Assembly (NCBI GenBank): GCA_051530055.1
Contig: JBMGUZ010000009.1
Location: 1-64,000 of the forward strand
Source: Neoechinorhynchus agilis
Taxonomy: Eukaryota > Animalia > Acanthocephala
DNA length: 64,000 nucleotides
Direction of reading: 5' to 3'
Shown: positions 60,004 to 64,000 of the stretch, piece by piece
Layout of the letters: each line of letters begins with the position of its first letter
How positions within the stretch are numbered: position 1 is the first letter of the stretch
Notes under the pieces: generated by a model
What the model was told of the DNA's origin: nothing
Database searches by the model: none
The model's input: only the letters and a program-made list of their open reading frames with translations
Program-made: the position numbers and the translations under genes

Positions 60004-60946
60004 AAAACGAAATAGTAAAATAAACGATATGTGCTTAAAAAAGTGTATTAAAATAAACTGTTTCAAAAAAATTATTTACCCATATTTTATTTGTAATTGA
60101 AATATCGTTATACTATCCACGAATCAACGAATTTTTAAATGGGTATAAAAAAACTTGCAAATGTAATATTTTGAATCTCTTGCATTGTGATTTGCTCATT
60201 CAGCATCTTGATCTAAATGAGTTAACTGCTTAAAAAACAACATTTATGTGGAGTCATCAATTTTTTATTTTTAAGGTCAATAATTTAATAGATTAAGAGT
60301 TACTGAAAATTTTCGAAATTAAAAACAGCATTCTCACCAGATATGTTTTTCATAAAATCGTAGTTGTTAGATTGTCGACTAATTTCTCAATTCCACGTTT
60401 TTCTATTGTCCTTTTATTTAAGCAAGTTAAGCGGTTGAAAACAAATGTTTATTTTTGACCGATATTTCGAAATTTAACTCCTTCTTCAGGGGAGTTAGAA
60501 AAAAGTCACTATCCGTAGTACTTCTGTTCGAAGATTAGGTGTGAGGCTAAAATCGTTGGATCAATAAATCAATATCTATTCTTCTCATCAACAAAGAACA
60601 CATAATAAAAAGGTAGTGATAGAAATACGCTTTTAGAAATGGAAAAAGCATTTTTCTCGAAAGTAAAATGCAACTAAACTTGCCCACTATTTCATAGTTA
60701 ACGAATCAATCATATAAGGCGCAATGATGGGCATAATCTTTAAGATTATCTATATAACGATTTATTTTTACTCGGTCTATTTGTGCCCCTGGAACACGTA
60801 CTAAACGCATGCCACAATTTCAAGAACTGACACGTTTATCTTGACTGGAACGATAAGACTGACATGATTTCTTCGTCAGTTGCACCAATATAAATAGAAC
60901 TTAATATCTCACCTGAAATCGTCCGCAACATTTCTTCTAAGTAGTC

Positions 60947-61506
60947 ATGGAATTCCTTCTCCTGCTCGTTTCTGTGTTGGCTCTCAGCAACGCCGCTGCT
61001 GTCCACTCAAAAGATCTTACAACTGAACACATCCGCCCATGTGCAGGTACGAGATAATCTATAAAAATGTTGACATCTAAACGATCTTTTTAAGGTCTTG
61101 GTCCGAAATCCGTAAAACTGCAAACGTGCCATTGCCTTAAAGATGGCGTTTGCCATCTCGTCCATGGCGATAAAATCATTATTACCACACAATTCAAATC
61201 AGATGGAGATCATGATCATAACTATGAGCTTAAAGTGACCACGACTATTAACGGAGAACTTATTTCCAGGACCGCATCAGCTGAAAATTATAAAGTGGAC
61301 TGCAAAGAAACTGATTGTACCTCCGTTCATAACGTTCTTATAATGCCTTTCATGCCTGTCGTAAGTTTATTTGTATATTTAGAACAGGAAACTCATGAAA
61401 AACCTTTTAGGGAAAACATACGCTGAAATATGAGCTAAGTAGCGTGGGTCCTCATGAACATCCACTTTTCTGCTATGAGTATGACACTGAGCTTTCGGCT
61501 CAATAA
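60947..61506 (+). CDS. Secreted ML-domain (NPC2/MD-2-like) protein, copy 3, 153 aa
   Basis: Exons 60947-61046, 61095-61360 and 61411-61506 with GT-AG introns of 48 and 50 nt. Signal peptide MEFLLLLVSVLALSNAAA; ML-like pattern C..C.C....C.LVHG......F .. LFCYEY. TATAAA at ~60890. Confidence 0.85.
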
Positions 61507-62188
61507 AGGAATATCATCAAGTGGCATGAAACAAAAAATAGAGTTTATTTTGTGCGAGGGTCAGAGATGCAACTGTGAGACGTTCTCGTGTAGCGCAAAT
61601 GAAAATCCATCACAAGGTTAAGCGATCGCTGTCTTCCAATTGGACCGATAGTCTTCGCAAAAAATGTTAAAGACTTCTTAAGCTTTTCTAGAAAGTTTCA
61701 GTTAATGTTTTTAAAGGTGAACTAATAAACAAGATGCACTTCTCAGCTAATGTTAATTATAAAAAAGACAATAGGCTAAGAAAAATACTCAGTCGTCTAT
61801 CAGTCTTAGGAAAGTTACTGTTGGATTACCTAGCACAAACCATTAAAAATAGATGACAGAAGAGATTGACCTCATTGTAAAACTTGGAAAAAAGGTTTTA
61901 CTTAAAAAAAATTAAAAGACGAGAGGGAATCTTTGTAAAATCACCAAAAACTCAACCATTAAAGGTCTGCCAATTATTCGAAGATATCAGGCAACTATTT
62001 TACTTCTCAGAGCAGAAAAGGAGCAAAATCAATTTAATACGATCTTGGTAGAAGCAAAGTATTTGGGATTAATCCTTAGATAATCGAGTATTGCACGATT
62101 CGAGATTTTTTATGAACTTTCTATTTTCCTGCTGCGCTTAAATTCAAATACAGCTCTGCCCGTTCTCGCAAAAATATAATATTTACGC

Positions 62189-62533
62189 TTACTTGAAAAG
62201 TTTAAGGCTCTTAAACAAATCGTTAACGTCTTTTTTAGGATATGGCTTCAGTGCTATACAGGTTCCAAGATTTTCAGGTTTTTCAATCCAGAGTTTATAC
62301 TTTATGTTCCTTTCGGCCAATGACAGTTGAATGTTATTCAACTCCTTTTCGCCGTCGCACTCGAGCACAATTTTGTGCATATTATCAATATCTTTCAAAT
62401 AAGAGAGAGTTAAGTGATCGTCGTAGTTCTCAAAGATTACAGCGGTAGCAGCGTGGCAAGCTTGAGCAATGAGGGCGCCTGCAGGCCATTTTAAATCTTT
62501 CCTTAGAACAATGTATTGGACCAGCGATGACAT
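62189..62533 (-). CDS. PTRHD1: PTRHD1, copy 3
   Basis: Translation identical to the other two copies. Confidence 0.95.
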   Translation of the reverse strand: MSSLVQYIVLRKDLKWPAGALIAQACHAATAVIFENYDDHLTLSYLKDIDNMHKIVLECDGEKELNNIQLSLAERNIKYKLWIEKPENLGTCIALKPYPKKDVNDLFKSLKLFK

Positions 62534-64000
62534 TCGTGGATCTAAAAAAGGGATCTTATGCGATTTGAACGTTTTTATGTAAAAGATTAAAACTTATTTA
62601 AACAAAGATTTATCCCAATTTACATTTTCACTATCTCGAAAGCGAACAGCAGAAATTTTGACTTGTGCGTCAAGTATTCTATCTAAATTTCTGAAACCTC
62701 GAATCCGAATTTATAAAAAAGAGAATCGTAGATGCAAATTAGGGCGTCGAATGGATGAAATCTTTTGATTGAAGATTTGCAGAAGGTGTGCTGTAAGAGG
62801 ATCAATTAAATCTGGGATAATGAAGCGAAGAGCCCAATTGGGAATAGAAAATTAAGGGAGTCACAAAGTTGTGCATTGATGGAGTTTAGTATAGCAAAGA
62901 GGTCTGAGTTTGAGAGGTTGACGAAAGATTTAAGTGTTTTCCCACCAGAGTCGAGTGGAATATTAGGAGAGTTTATGTGCAAGAAAGGCCTTGCGCGAGT
63001 TGCGAATGTGATGAGTAAGAGAGAATTGAAGGCGAGGGAAATCAGGGTTGCATGCGTGGTATGCTTTATCCACCTTTATTTTTAGCATAAAAAACATATT
63101 TTAGGGAAATGATGGCAATGGAAAATCGAATATTAAAACCGAAGTTGTTCGCAGTTTTCTTAAAATCACCACTGAGCTGATGGCGGTTGATTTTTGGAGT
63201 GGATTACGGGTCCGGTCAAGTGTAAAGGTCGGTTCGATTCTCACTTGGAGGATTTTAGCGGTGCTGAAGAGAGAGTGGGTGCGAGAAACCGATCGTTGGA
63301 AAAGCAATTTGTTTTTCTATGAGTTCAGGATGGCATATTAGAGCGCACTTCTCTTGTGAAAGGTCGTCAAGGTCCTATATCTCGTCAACGTATTCTAATC
63401 AATGAACAGTGAACAAGAATCGGTGAAGTATTCCGCTCTTATTGATGTCGTACTAAAGAAGTGCTTCGAACGGCTTACTGATAATCTAAGGGACTCATTA
63501 ATTGAAGCGGTGAGTGCAGTTAAGGATGTATTAGGGGAGGCTATTCAGTTCGAAATCGAAGCTCTTAAAAGTGAACAGTTGGTCGAAGTCAAAAAGTGCA
63601 AAGGGAAAAAAGCGAACGCCTCAAAGAGGCGGGCAAAAATTTTCAAAAGTGAATTCTAAGAAACATATTAAAGGTTTACTGAAATCGGATAGTGAAGCGA
63701 CCACAAAGGAGAGGTTTGGTAGATGTCATCAGTATGCCAAATTCAAGCGAATAATAATAACACCTTTATTGTTGAAAATACAAAGAAAGAATAATAGGAC
63801 CCATGTACCTTTGGGTCCTCATAAGCATTCAGGTTCATAATTGTTCAAAGAAAGCGTATCCGTTAGGATGGGAATATCCAGTCGAGGGATGTCCGTTCGG
63901 GTGGTAATATCTGGTCGGAGGGATGTCTATTCGGTAAGAACTATCTAGTCGGAGGAGGTTCGTTCGGGTGAGAATTTGTATGTTCCTTTGAGAATATCCG

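Larger units (their letters stand above)
60387..64000 (-). repeat. Right arm of the large inverted duplication; runs off the window inside the 395-bp satellite
   Basis: Reverse complement of 28167-31780. Confidence 0.97.

Overview
This is AT-rich eukaryotic DNA, almost certainly an invertebrate animal with a compact gene architecture: all 12 distinct introns I could reconstruct are GT-AG and 43-55 nt long. It is not prokaryotic, and I found no CRISPR array, rRNA or tRNA. Host genes I can reconstruct: a highly divergent forkhead-box gene, an orphan basic/coiled-coil ORF, a Fringe-like glycosyltransferase interrupted by a 46-nt insertion, a 4-TM claudin/PMP22-like gene, an SCP/calexcitin-type EF-hand gene, a secreted 7-exon six-Kunitz-domain inhibitor, and a convergent PTRHD1 + ML/NPC2-like gene pair present in three near-identical copies. 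Two of those copies lie in the arms of a near-perfect inverted duplication of at least 3.6 kb (28167-31780 / 60387-64000). The arms enclose 28.6 kb and their outer ends run into a 395-bp satellite that appears to derive from an LTR-like sequence. Much of the remainder is decayed retroelements: L2/CR1, RTE-like, L1/Tx1-like, CRE-like, Penelope-like and gypsy. Three Penelope-type minimal hammerhead ribozyme motifs are present, two inside small fold-back insertions flanked by direct repeats. A 564-codon ORF of unknown family is fused in frame to a gypsy zinc knuckle. Protein family calls rest on motif recognition by eye; no database search was run, and transposon boundaries are approximate.
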